From Bacteroidales bacterium (GTDB taxonomy: Bacteria > Bacteroidota > Bacteroidia > Bacteroidales > JAFGHD01), in assembly GCA_016927695.1 (NCBI GenBank), contig JAFGME010000068.1:11580-75579 (forward strand): DNA of 64,000 nt, written 5' to 3'. Made by a program: the position numbers and the translations under genes. Shown in pieces: positions 9,359-19,033 of the stretch; the first letter of the stretch is position 1; every line of letters begins with the position of its first letter. Under the pieces are notes generated by a model. It was given only the letters and a program-made list of their open reading frames with translations, did no database searches and was not told the DNA's origin.

Positions 9359-12300
9359 ATGAAAAATAAGCGGTTGATTTTGGTTATTACAGTAATTGCA
9401 GTACTTGCTGTAATCGTTATTTTTATTTTTTCAGAAAAGATTTTTTTCCGCAAACAGCCACAAAAGATTGATCAGGGCTTCAGGGAATACGTTTCTGCCT
9501 TCACTTCGGGGTTAGTGTCCAATCAAACAAAAATCAGGATTAAGCTTACAACTGCTTATTCGTTGGACATCGAACCAGGTGCGGCGGTGCCGTCCGGGAT
9601 ATTCAGGTTTGACCCTTCCATCAAAGGTACCGCATCGTGGGTTGACTCTCAAACCCTTGAATTTACCCCTGAAAATCCCCTGATTTCAGGCAGGGAGTAT
9701 AAAGGAAGTTTTGAATTAGGTAAGATCATTCATGTGCCTGAAAAATTCCGGTCATTTCCACTCAGTTTTCAGGTGATCAGGCAGGGTTTAAGGGTGACAG
9801 TGAAAGATTTGAAGCCCTACAGGCCTGATTTTCCGGGTGTTTACAAACTTGAGGGCGAGATTCAAACGGCTGATTTTATTGAGGATATCATCATCGAAAA
9901 TATGATCACAGCAGGAAGGGACAATAAAGAGTACTCGCTGTTTTGGTCTCATGATCAGGATAAAAAAATACATCATTTTCAGGTGGATAGTATCCAAAGA
10001 AAAACGGAAGATGACTCCCTTATTCTGAAATGGGACGGACATAGCCACGGGCTGGATATCTCAGGATCGGAAACCATTGAAATTCCGGGAATGAATAACT
10101 TTAAACTGCTGGGCGCCAAAGTGATCCAGATGCCAGGCCAGTACATCCTGCTGACCTTTTCCGATCCGCTACTGCAAAATCAGGATCTCTCAGGGCTTAT
10201 CCGGATTGAAAATGAAGAAAATCTGAAATTCTCTATTGACCTCAACCAGGTGAGTGTTTATCTCTCCTCAAGAATAACAGGGTTAAGGGATATTCATATC
10301 GAGAACACCATCAAAAACTTTACGGGATACAATCTCGGCAACAGTGAGGTGAAAACCATTGCTTTTGAGGCCAACAAACCTGCCGTCAGGTTGATTGGAA
10401 AAGGTGTCATTATTCCGAACAGCACTGGTCTTGTCCTTCCTTTTGAAGCCGTTAACCTGAAATCGGTGGATGTTTCAGTGGTCAGGATATATGAGGACAA
10501 TATCGCCCAGTTCCTTCAGGTGAATGAGATTGATGGCGACTACCAGATGCAAAGGGTGGGGAGGCTCATTGCATCGAAAAAAATTGACCTTGCTGAAGAG
10601 AGCGCCCTCGATTTTGGCCAATGGAATGCCTTTTCAGTAGATATCTCAAAACTGATCAGCGCTGAGCCGGGCGCTATTTACAGGGTTGAATTGAATTTTA
10701 AAAAGAAATACTCACTTTTTCCTTGTGCGGACAGCAATAACACGGAAGAGTCAGAGGAGGAAAACGATGTGTGGGACGATTATTCTGCCTCGCAGCAAAG
10801 TTACTGGGACGGGGTTGACGGGTATTACTATGACGATTATTATTATGGCTATTATGATTATAACTGGGAAGAAAGAGATGATCCCTGCAGCAATTCTTAT
10901 TATTGGAATAAGAAAGTCAGCCGGAACATCCTTGCTTCCGATCTGGGGATCATTGCAAAATCCGGACATGGCAATGAACTTTTTGTGGCTGTTACCGGCA
11001 TCACCACAACAGAACCATTAGGGAACGTAAAAATTGAAGTATTGAACTTTCAGCAACAAAGTATTGGTTCGGGCATAACAGGGAACGATGGAATGGCTGT
11101 AATTCATTGCGAGATGAAGCCATTCCTTCTGGTTGCTTCAAAAGATGAACAGAGGGGATACCTTAAGGTGAACGACGGAAATTCACTTTCATTGAGCAAA
11201 TTTGATGTACAGGGAATGGATGTGAGCGAAGGTATTAAAGGGTTTATTTATGGAGAAAGAGGCGTATGGCGGCCCGGGGATTCTTTATTCCTGACTTTCA
11301 TCCTGGAAGACAGGGAGCATGTGCTGCCTCCTGATCATCCGGTTTCTTTTGAACTCCACAGCCCTGACGGGAAGTTCATGCAAAGGATGGTAAAGGCCAC
11401 AGGCATTGACAACTTTTACAGGTTTGCTACGAAAACCGCGCCGGAAGCGCCCACCGGCGTCTGGCGTGCAGTGGTGAAGGTTGGGGGGAGCTCTTTTACA
11501 CGCATGTTCAGAATAGAAACGGTCAAACCCAACCGTTTAAAAATTAATCTTGATTTCAAAACGAAGCTGCTTGTTGCGGGAACTTCTGACATCACCGGTG
11601 CGCTTTCAGTGAAATGGCTTCATGGAGCCAATGCAGGGAACCTTCAGGCAAAAACAGATTTAACCCTTAAACCGGTAGCCACCAGATTCCCTGCTTTCAA
11701 AGAGTATAACTTCGATGACCCTTCCATCGCATTCTCACCTGCGGAGTTTACAGTGTTTGATGGAAACACTGACCATTCGGGCAATGCACTTGTTAAGGCC
11801 AACGTAACGGTAAACGAAAAGATCCCGGGTATGCTTGAAGCTGTGTTTTTCACAAAGGTTTTCGAAACAGGCGGGGATTTCAGCGTTCATCAGATGAGCA
11901 TACCGTATGCCCCTTACCCGGTTTTTGCCGGTGTTAAAGTACCGAAAGGAGATGTGGCCCGCGGCATGCTACTCACCGATGAGGAGCACAAAATTGAAGT
12001 GGCAACCGTTGATCCGGAAGGCAATAAAGTGTCAGTAAATAATCTGCAGGCCAGGGTTTACAAACTGGAGTGGGAGTGGTGGTGGCACTCAGGAAGCAAT
12101 AACCTGGCATCATATTTCTCCCGTGATTATGTGCAGCCCGTTGTGGAGAAAAATTTTTCAACAACCGATGGATTCGGCTCTTTTTCTTTTGAAATAAAAA
12201 ATCCCGACTGGGGCCGTTACCTTATCCATGTGATGATTCCCGGCGGACACAGCACTGGGCAGATCGTTTACATCGACTGGCCCGGATGGGCTGGAAGGGG

Positions 12301-14947
12301 CCAGCGTGAAAATCCGGGTGGCACTTCCATGCTTTCCTTCACCTCCGACAAGGATGCCTATACGGTTGGGGAAACCGCCAAAGTTACATTTCCCGGTTCT
12401 GAGGGAGGCACAGCCCTGATCAGCCTTGAATCGGGCGACAGGGTGCTGAGTACGCACTGGGTGAAAACACAAAAAGACGAGACCTCTTTTGCTTTTTCCG
12501 TAACCGATGACATGGCTCCGAACATTTATGTGAACATATCCCTTATCCAGCCCCATGCCCAAAGTCTGAACGACCTGCCCATAAGGCAATACGGGGTAAA
12601 ACCGTTGCTGGTGTATAACCCCATGACAAAGCTTGAGCCTGCACTGCTAATGGCTGATGAGCTCAGGCCTGAAAAAGAAGTGAGTATCACCGTGAAGGAA
12701 AAAAAAGGCCATCCAATGACCTTCACGCTTGCCATAGTGGATGAAGGCTTGCTCGATCTGACCGGCTTTAAGACCCCTGATCCCTGGGCCCATTTTTATG
12801 CCCGTGAAGCGCTAAGTGTGAAGACATGGGACCTTTACGACCTGATTCTTGGCGCTTATGGCGCCAGGATCGAAAAGGTGTTTGCCATCGGTGGCGATGC
12901 CGAAACCCTGAAGGTTTCTGACAAAAAGGCTGAAAGATTCAAACCGGTGGTGAAATTTTTCGGTCCGTTCACCATTGACCGGAACGCTGAAAAAAAGATC
13001 AACTTTATCATGCCCAGGTACGTAGGCTCGGTGAGGGCAATGCTGGTCGCAGGTCATGAAGGGGCTTACGGGCAATCGGAAAAAACCGTGCCGGTGAAAA
13101 ATCCGCTGATGATTACGGCCACACTGCCGCGAGTACTCAGCCCTTCGGAAAAAGTCAGGTTACCCGTCACTGTATTTGCAATGAATAACCAGGTTAAGGA
13201 TGTAACGGTAACACTTACGGCGAATGAGTATTTCCAGGTTAACGGGCCGAAAACGCAGCAGGTGCATTTCGATAACATCGGGGAAAAAGATATCATGTTT
13301 GACCTGGCTGTGGCTAAAAAACCGGGAGTGGGTTCGGTACACCTGAAGGCCGTCAGCGGGGGCGAACAGGCCGCATTTGACATAGAACTGGACGTGAGGC
13401 CGCCAAATCCCCCAAAATCGATCACATACAGCAAGTTACTGAATCCGGATGAAGAATGGGAACAAAGTTATGAAGTGTTTGGTATTGAGGGCGCCAATAA
13501 AACAACACTTGAAGTTTCCGGCATGCCCTCCCTTAACCTGGAAAGGAGGCTCAACTATCTGATCCAATATCCTTACGGATGCCTGGAGCAGATCATATCA
13601 TCCGTTTTTCCGCAGCTCTATCTTGAAAAACTGTCTGAAATGACTCAAAATCAACGATCAAGGGTACAGACGAATATTGAACATGGCATTGAAAAGCTTA
13701 AAAGCTACCAATTGCCTGAAGGGGGTTTCTCCTACTGGCCTCAGCATACCGCAGTGAACGACTGGGCAAGCACCTATGCAGGTCATTTCCTGATTGAATG
13801 TAAAAGAGCAGGATATGCCATACCGGGTTCAATGTTCAATAAATGGATCAGTTACCAGCAAAATATGGCGAATCACTGGGCCAGGAATGTAAGTGATTAT
13901 CCCAGAAATGACTTCATCCAGGCTTACAGGCTGTTCACCCTTGCCTTAGCCGACAAACCCGACCTTGGTTCGATGAACCGGCTAAGGGAAGATGGCGCAC
14001 TCTCATTACAGGCCAAATACTTCCTTGCTTATGCCTATCTGCTGGCAGGCAATAAAAAGGCTGCAGAAGTCATCCTGGCAGGAGCAAAAGCAAATATTGA
14101 AGACTATACTGAACTTTCATGGACTTATGGTTCCGGAGTTCGCGACAGGGCAATCGTGCTGAAGACACTTATCACGATGAACAAGATGGATGAAGTTATG
14201 CTGCTTATCGAAAGCATTTCACGATCATTGAGCAGTTACAGCTGGATGAGTACTCAAACAACCGCCTGGTGCCTCATGGCTATGGCAGATGCAGCCGGAC
14301 TCTTCGATCCCAAAGCAAATATTTTTCGTTTCAGATACAAAACCGGTACAGAAAGCCCTGCGGAAGGTGTTTCAGATGGAATCATCAGCAGGATAAACCT
14401 TGAAACCGGCCCCCCGGGCACAAAAACGTTTTGGTTAAAAAACACTTCAACCGTACCCTTCTATGCCGGTTTTTGTGTGGAGGGTGTGCCGTTAACTCCT
14501 GATAATGAACCTGTTGAAAAGAACCTGAAAATCAATGCAGCGTACAAGGATATAAACAACAATGTCATTGATCCCGCACGATTGATACAGGCCACAGACT
14601 TCAGACTTGAGATCACCGTATCCCATCCCGGACTGCTTGATGAATACAAGGAGATGGCCCTCACAACCATGTTCCCTTCCGGTTGGGAAATTATCAATAC
14701 CCGCATGTTTGAAGCAGGCTCCGCTGTGAAGGCGGATGTTCCGTCTTACCAGGATATAAGGGACGACAGAGTGTACACTTTCTTTGATATTCTGCCGGGA
14801 AAAACAAAAACATTTGTCTTCCTTCTCAATGCCTCCTATCTTGGGGAATTTTACCTGCCGGCCATTCAATGCGGGGCCATGTACAGTGACCATATTCAGG
14901 CGAGGATACCGGGAAAAACCGTTAAAATCGTAAGGGCGGGTGAATAA
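9359..14947 (+). CDS. Alpha-2-macroglobulin family protein (bacterial YfhM-type, thioester-containing)
   Basis: The protein is 1862 aa with an N-terminal signal-anchor (LILVITVIAVLAVIVIFIF). It has a long MG-domain region, an intact thioester motif YPYGCLEQ, and an alpha-helical TED-like region after it. It lies directly upstream of pbpC. Confidence 0.9.
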   Translation: MKNKRLILVITVIAVLAVIVIFIFSEKIFFRKQPQKIDQGFREYVSAFTSGLVSNQTKIRIKLTTAYSLDIEPGAAVPSGIFRFDPSIKGTASWVDSQTLEFTPENPLISGREYKGSFELGKIIHVPEKFRSFPLSFQVIRQGLRVTVKDLKPYRPDFPGVYKLEGEIQTADFIEDIIIENMITAGRDNKEYSLFWSHDQDKKIHHFQVDSIQRKTEDDSLILKWDGHSHGLDISGSETIEIPGMNNFKLLGAKVIQMPGQYILLTFSDPLLQNQDLSGLIRIENEENLKFSIDLNQVSVYLSSRITGLRDIHIENTIKNFTGYNLGNSEVKTIAFEANKPAVRLIGKGVIIPNSTGLVLPFEAVNLKSVDVSVVRIYEDNIAQFLQVNEIDGDYQMQRVGRLIASKKIDLAEESALDFGQWNAFSVDISKLISAEPGAIYRVELNFKKKYSLFPCADSNNTEESEEENDVWDDYSASQQSYWDGVDGYYYDDYYYGYYDYNWEERDDPCSNSYYWNKKVSRNILASDLGIIAKSGHGNELFVAVTGITTTEPLGNVKIEVLNFQQQSIGSGITGNDGMAVIHCEMKPFLLVASKDEQRGYLKVNDGNSLSLSKFDVQGMDVSEGIKGFIYGERGVWRPGDSLFLTFILEDREHVLPPDHPVSFELHSPDGKFMQRMVKATGIDNFYRFATKTAPEAPTGVWRAVVKVGGSSFTRMFRIETVKPNRLKINLDFKTKLLVAGTSDITGALSVKWLHGANAGNLQAKTDLTLKPVATRFPAFKEYNFDDPSIAFSPAEFTVFDGNTDHSGNALVKANVTVNEKIPGMLEAVFFTKVFETGGDFSVHQMSIPYAPYPVFAGVKVPKGDVARGMLLTDEEHKIEVATVDPEGNKVSVNNLQARVYKLEWEWWWHSGSNNLASYFSRDYVQPVVEKNFSTTDGFGSFSFEIKNPDWGRYLIHVMIPGGHSTGQIVYIDWPGWAGRGQRENPGGTSMLSFTSDKDAYTVGETAKVTFPGSEGGTALISLESGDRVLSTHWVKTQKDETSFAFSVTDDMAPNIYVNISLIQPHAQSLNDLPIRQYGVKPLLVYNPMTKLEPALLMADELRPEKEVSITVKEKKGHPMTFTLAIVDEGLLDLTGFKTPDPWAHFYAREALSVKTWDLYDLILGAYGARIEKVFAIGGDAETLKVSDKKAERFKPVVKFFGPFTIDRNAEKKINFIMPRYVGSVRAMLVAGHEGAYGQSEKTVPVKNPLMITATLPRVLSPSEKVRLPVTVFAMNNQVKDVTVTLTANEYFQVNGPKTQQVHFDNIGEKDIMFDLAVAKKPGVGSVHLKAVSGGEQAAFDIELDVRPPNPPKSITYSKLLNPDEEWEQSYEVFGIEGANKTTLEVSGMPSLNLERRLNYLIQYPYGCLEQIISSVFPQLYLEKLSEMTQNQRSRVQTNIEHGIEKLKSYQLPEGGFSYWPQHTAVNDWASTYAGHFLIECKRAGYAIPGSMFNKWISYQQNMANHWARNVSDYPRNDFIQAYRLFTLALADKPDLGSMNRLREDGALSLQAKYFLAYAYLLAGNKKAAEVILAGAKANIEDYTELSWTYGSGVRDRAIVLKTLITMNKMDEVMLLIESISRSLSSYSWMSTQTTAWCLMAMADAAGLFDPKANIFRFRYKTGTESPAEGVSDGIISRINLETGPPGTKTFWLKNTSTVPFYAGFCVEGVPLTPDNEPVEKNLKINAAYKDINNNVIDPARLIQATDFRLEITVSHPGLLDEYKEMALTTMFPSGWEIINTRMFEAGSAVKADVPSYQDIRDDRVYTFFDILPGKTKTFVFLLNASYLGEFYLPAIQCGAMYSDHIQARIPGKTVKIVRAGE
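13580..13591 (+). other. Thioester motif CLEQ of the alpha-2-macroglobulin
   Basis: tgc ctg gag cag is in frame and encodes C-L-E-Q inside LIQYPYGCLEQIISS. Confidence 0.85.
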
Positions 14948-14953
14948 AAATGA

Positions 14954-17335
14954 TTGTCTGTGTCCGTGACAGGAAAACTATTGGAAATCAGGAGAAGATG
15001 TTTTGTCCTGGCAGGTCTGGCTGTCCTGTCAGCGGTCTACTTTTCAATTCATTTACCTGCTTTTGACAACCCTTACAGCACAGCTATCTACTCAAACGAA
15101 AGCATTTTATTGGGGGCAAAAATAGCAGATGACGGGCAATGGAGATTTCCACCCATTGTGGAAGCTCCCGGAAAATTCAGTAAGGCGGCCTGCCTGTTCG
15201 AGGACAAACATTTCTATTATCATCCCGGATTCAACCCTTTTTCCATCCTCAGGGCATTGTATCAAAATCTCAGAGAAGGAAAGGCTGTCAGCGGTGGCAG
15301 CACCCTTACCATGCAGGTCGTCAGGCTGGCAAGGAAAGGAAAACCGCGCACTGTACCGGAAAAAATCATAGAATTAATACTGGCGACCCGGCTTGAGATC
15401 AAATACTCTAAAAGTGAGATTCTTGCACTGTATGCCTCACATGCTCCTTTCGGGGGCAATGTGGTGGGTATAGAAGCGGCATCCTGGCGCTATTTCGGCC
15501 GGGCGCCACAACACCTGTCATGGTCGGAAACCGCTGCCCTGGCAGTGCTCCCCAACGCACCTGCCCTGATCTTTCCCGGAAGGAATGAGGTTGCCTTTCT
15601 CAGGAAGAGAAACAATCTCCTGAAAAAACTTCTGGATCATGGATACATTGACACTCTGACCTTTGACCTTGCCTGCAGGGAAACTTTGCCAGGCAGGCCA
15701 AAGGAGCTTCCACAAACGGCCCCGCACCTCCTCACATCCATGATAAAAGAAAGAAAGGGTGAAAGAACAATAACAACAATCGAACACCAGACACAATTGT
15801 TGTTGAACGGTATCATGGAGCGACATTCAGAACAACTGTCTGCCAATGGTATCCATAATGCAGCAGCGCTTATTGTCAGGGTGACAGACGGAAGTGTCGC
15901 AGGATATTACGGCAACACGCGGGTAAAAGGGGAGGAGGAACATGGCAATGATGTGGATGTGATACGGGCGCCAAGAAGCAGCGGGAGCATCCTTAAACCT
16001 TTCCTTTATGCAGCTATGCTGGAGGAAGGCGGGATATTGCCACAGACTCTCGTTCCTGACATACCCGTATTTATGGATGGGTTTTCACCTCAGAACTACA
16101 CCCTGGCTTACGACGGCGCCGTAAAGGCCGGCAAATCGCTTTCCCGTTCACTGAATGTCCCGGCAGTCTTAATGTTGTCGGAGTTCGGTGTAGCACGGTT
16201 TCATCACCTCCTCGAAAAGCTGGGAATGAAGACGATCGGTTTTCCGCCCGATCATTATGGCTTATCGCTTATTCTGGGAGGGGCAGAAGTTACTTTATGG
16301 GATCTGGCACAAATATATTCGGGGATGGCCAGGGTACTGGCACATGTCCCCGGACGTGGTTATCACTATTCACCGGAAGATTTTTGTGAACTGCATTGCA
16401 TTGCTAATGACACCTCTGAAAAAAGGCAGGAGGGTTTGAGCAGGTACGCTCATATTTTCAGCGCTGCTTCCATCTGGCTCACTTTTGAAGCCCTGCTCGA
16501 AGTCAACAGGCCCGAAAACGAAGCCGGCTGGCAGTATTTCGGATCCTCTGACAGGATAGCCTGGAAAACAGGCACCAGCTTTGGTTTCAGGGATGCCTGG
16601 GCTGTGGGCGTTACTCCCGGCTATGTGGTTGCAGTGTGGGCCGGCAATGCCGATGGGGAAGGAAGGCCGGGACTTACAGGTGTAACTGCCGCTGCTCCTC
16701 CCATGTTTGAAATATTCAGGATGCTCAACACCGGAGGATGGTTCAAACCCCCGCACAATGAGCTTTTTCCGGCAGCCGTTTGCCGCCGGAGCGGATTCCT
16801 CGCTTCGCACAACTGCCCGGAAGCCGACACTGTTTTCATCACTGAAAAAGGTTTCCGGACTAAACCCTGTCCTTACCATAAAATTATCCATCTCGACCGT
16901 ACCGGAACTTACCGGGTAAACTCCTCCTGCGAAGATCCACTGGAAATGATCCGTTCTTCATGGTTCATCCTTCCTCCCGTTATGGAATACTATTATAAGT
17001 TGAAAAACCCCGGTTACCGGACACTTCCCCCTTTTCGGGGGGGATGTGCTGATATCCCGGCAGATTCGCCCATGGCTTTCATTTACCCCGACCCTCAGGC
17101 TAAAATCTATTTACCCCTGGATGTATATGGCAAAAAGGGAAAGGTGGTATTTGAAGCAGCTCACCGTGATCCGGCAACTACGCTTTTCTGGCACATCGAT
17201 CAAATTTTCATTGGATTCACTAAAGGATTGCATCAAAAAAGCGCCAATCCGGAATATGGTGACCATATCCTCACCGTGGTGGACAGTGATGGAAACAGTA
17301 TCTCGCGTACATTCAGTATTGTGAGCGGGAAATAA
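14954..17335 (+). CDS. pbpC: Penicillin-binding protein 1C (bifunctional transglycosylase/transpeptidase fold)
   Basis: GT51 motifs are EDKHFYYHPGFNP and GGSTLTMQVVR. Transpeptidase motifs are SILK (SxxK), SLN (SxN) and KTGTS (KTG). The start must be non-ATG (TTG 14954, or GTG 14960/14966) because the ATG at 14950 is out of frame. The gap after the A2M stop is 6 nt. Confidence 0.85.
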   Translation: MSVSVTGKLLEIRRRCFVLAGLAVLSAVYFSIHLPAFDNPYSTAIYSNESILLGAKIADDGQWRFPPIVEAPGKFSKAACLFEDKHFYYHPGFNPFSILRALYQNLREGKAVSGGSTLTMQVVRLARKGKPRTVPEKIIELILATRLEIKYSKSEILALYASHAPFGGNVVGIEAASWRYFGRAPQHLSWSETAALAVLPNAPALIFPGRNEVAFLRKRNNLLKKLLDHGYIDTLTFDLACRETLPGRPKELPQTAPHLLTSMIKERKGERTITTIEHQTQLLLNGIMERHSEQLSANGIHNAAALIVRVTDGSVAGYYGNTRVKGEEEHGNDVDVIRAPRSSGSILKPFLYAAMLEEGGILPQTLVPDIPVFMDGFSPQNYTLAYDGAVKAGKSLSRSLNVPAVLMLSEFGVARFHHLLEKLGMKTIGFPPDHYGLSLILGGAEVTLWDLAQIYSGMARVLAHVPGRGYHYSPEDFCELHCIANDTSEKRQEGLSRYAHIFSAASIWLTFEALLEVNRPENEAGWQYFGSSDRIAWKTGTSFGFRDAWAVGVTPGYVVAVWAGNADGEGRPGLTGVTAAAPPMFEIFRMLNTGGWFKPPHNELFPAAVCRRSGFLASHNCPEADTVFITEKGFRTKPCPYHKIIHLDRTGTYRVNSSCEDPLEMIRSSWFILPPVMEYYYKLKNPGYRTLPPFRGGCADIPADSPMAFIYPDPQAKIYLPLDVYGKKGKVVFEAAHRDPATTLFWHIDQIFIGFTKGLHQKSANPEYGDHILTVVDSDGNSISRTFSIVSGK

Positions 17336-17424
17336 CCCAATGGCCGTCTGTTCTGCCAAATCAGAAGGCTGTGTGGAAAAACAATCCGGGAGGGGGGAAA
17401 ATCAACCGGTGCACAACTTATTGA

Positions 17425-19032
17425 TCACAGCAATATCACAAGTTTTGCCGTGGATATCAATCCCTCATCCGGGGTAAGTTTTAAAATATAATTTCCGGAC
17501 CGGATGTTTTCAGGGAGAGTTAAAAAATGAATGTGTTTTCCTGCCTCCTGGTTTTCATAAGTCCATTGCATGATCTTCCTTCCTTCGTAATCATATAATC
17601 CAATTTCGACCCTGTCCTTTGTCTGAAGGAAAAATTGGCAGTTTATCTCCCTGTCGCAAACAGGATTCGGAAACACCCTGAACTCCGGCTCTTTCTGTAT
17701 GTTGTTTTCGAAACCGGTGGACAACCCCGAATGGTAACGGGCTATGGCAAAATCAGCATTCTCCTCTGAATTGGTGGCATATCCTGCAGCAATAATTTTT
17801 CCGTCAGGTTGCAGTGCAACAGAATTGATCTGATCGTTTTTGAAACCAGCCTGGCTGATGTCAATCAATGAAACACCATAATAATTTCCAAATTCTGCAT
17901 CCAGTTCACCATTGTCAAGATAGCGGGCAAGGCAAAAATCAAGATCTATTGTATTATGATGATAACCTCCTGCTACAATTTTCCCGTCAGGCTGAATCAA
18001 AACCGATGCAGGGGAATTGGCGCCTATCATATCAGTAACCACCATCCCGTCTTCATCAAAAGTGTTGTCGGGATAACCATTGGGCAGAAAACGGTATATG
18101 GTAAAGTCATAACCTGAAAGACCTTCTATGTTGCCCGACACTACTATTTTATTGTCAACGGCTACAGCCAGATCGGTTCGCGGGAAAATCACCATGTTGC
18201 TTATGGTCAACCCCTGTATCCGGGAGAAGCCTCCGATGCCGAAAGTAACATCAGGGGAGCCATCCATGTTGAAACGGGTAAGTACCAGGGCATCATAATC
18301 TGATGAATTCCCATTGAAGGCGGAAGCACAGGCAAGAATTTTACCCTGATGAATTGCCATACCTTCCGGCATATCGTCTGAACCGTCATTCAAATCGTAA
18401 ACGATGTGGCCGTTGGTGCCAAAGTCAGGATCATGACTGCCATCGGCCTGATAGCGGCACAGGAACATATCAATATCATTGCTACTGCCATAATAGATAT
18501 GACCGCAAACAACAATCTTTCCGTCATTTTGCAGGATGATCGAGTTGGTTGTTTCATTGTGACCAAGATCTGTGATAACAACTCCTGCTGTTCCAAATGA
18601 TTCGTAAAGAACACCATCCGGAGAAAAGCAGGCAATTGCAATATCGCTGTCCGGCCCGGAGCCGGTAACGCCTGCAACGTATATCCTTCCATCGGGGTGG
18701 GTACACATATCATAAGCAATGCTTTCACTTCCTCCCAAAGAAAAACTGACTTTTCCATTGTTGCTGAATGCAGGGTCAGGGGTGCCGTTTTCAAGATATT
18801 GTGCCAGGTTGCAAATTGTGCCACTGAAACCATATCCCGTATAACCGCAAACCAATATCCTGCCATTGCTGTGAACAATAGCTGCCTGTATGTAATTCTC
18901 AGCGTTCTCAAAATCAGTGAACACTACTCCTGATACGCCAAAATCAGGGTCCAGTGTTCCGGGAGACTGACATATTGCGCTGAATGACAGAGATATGAGC
19001 ATAAAAACCGCCAAAAAGCTTTTTCTTTCCAT
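17425..19032 (-). CDS. Delta-60 repeat protein with T9SS C-terminal sorting domain
   Basis: Repeats of roughly 55-60 aa have the form LDP(D/A)FG..G-v...QpDGKIvv.G...df.l.RY (e.g. LDPDFGVSGVV, PDPAFSNNGKV, HDPDFGTNGHI, LDAEFGNYYGV, LQPDGKIIAAGY, FAIARY). The signal peptide MERKSFLAVFMLISLSFSAICQ starts at the ATG at 19032. The CTD is FRVFPNPVCD...GNYILKL. Confidence 0.75.
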   Translation of the reverse strand: MERKSFLAVFMLISLSFSAICQSPGTLDPDFGVSGVVFTDFENAENYIQAAIVHSNGRILVCGYTGYGFSGTICNLAQYLENGTPDPAFSNNGKVSFSLGGSESIAYDMCTHPDGRIYVAGVTGSGPDSDIAIACFSPDGVLYESFGTAGVVITDLGHNETTNSIILQNDGKIVVCGHIYYGSSNDIDMFLCRYQADGSHDPDFGTNGHIVYDLNDGSDDMPEGMAIHQGKILACASAFNGNSSDYDALVLTRFNMDGSPDVTFGIGGFSRIQGLTISNMVIFPRTDLAVAVDNKIVVSGNIEGLSGYDFTIYRFLPNGYPDNTFDEDGMVVTDMIGANSPASVLIQPDGKIVAGGYHHNTIDLDFCLARYLDNGELDAEFGNYYGVSLIDISQAGFKNDQINSVALQPDGKIIAAGYATNSEENADFAIARYHSGLSTGFENNIQKEPEFRVFPNPVCDREINCQFFLQTKDRVEIGLYDYEGRKIMQWTYENQEAGKHIHFLTLPENIRSGNYILKLTPDEGLISTAKLVILL

Positions 19033-19033
19033 T

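Noticed and set aside
14950-14952. ATG immediately after the A2M stop as a pbpC start
   Set aside because: It is out of frame with the PBP1C reading frame (frame of 14954). I considered a frameshift, but the PBP1C frame is continuous from a TTG/GTG cluster, so no pseudogene call is warranted.
16370-16891. 173-aa ORF antisense to pbpC, and similar ORFs at 18390..18911 and 12158..12589
   Set aside because: Each is embedded in a gene with clear family motifs on the other strand. They are GC-skewed shadow ORFs.
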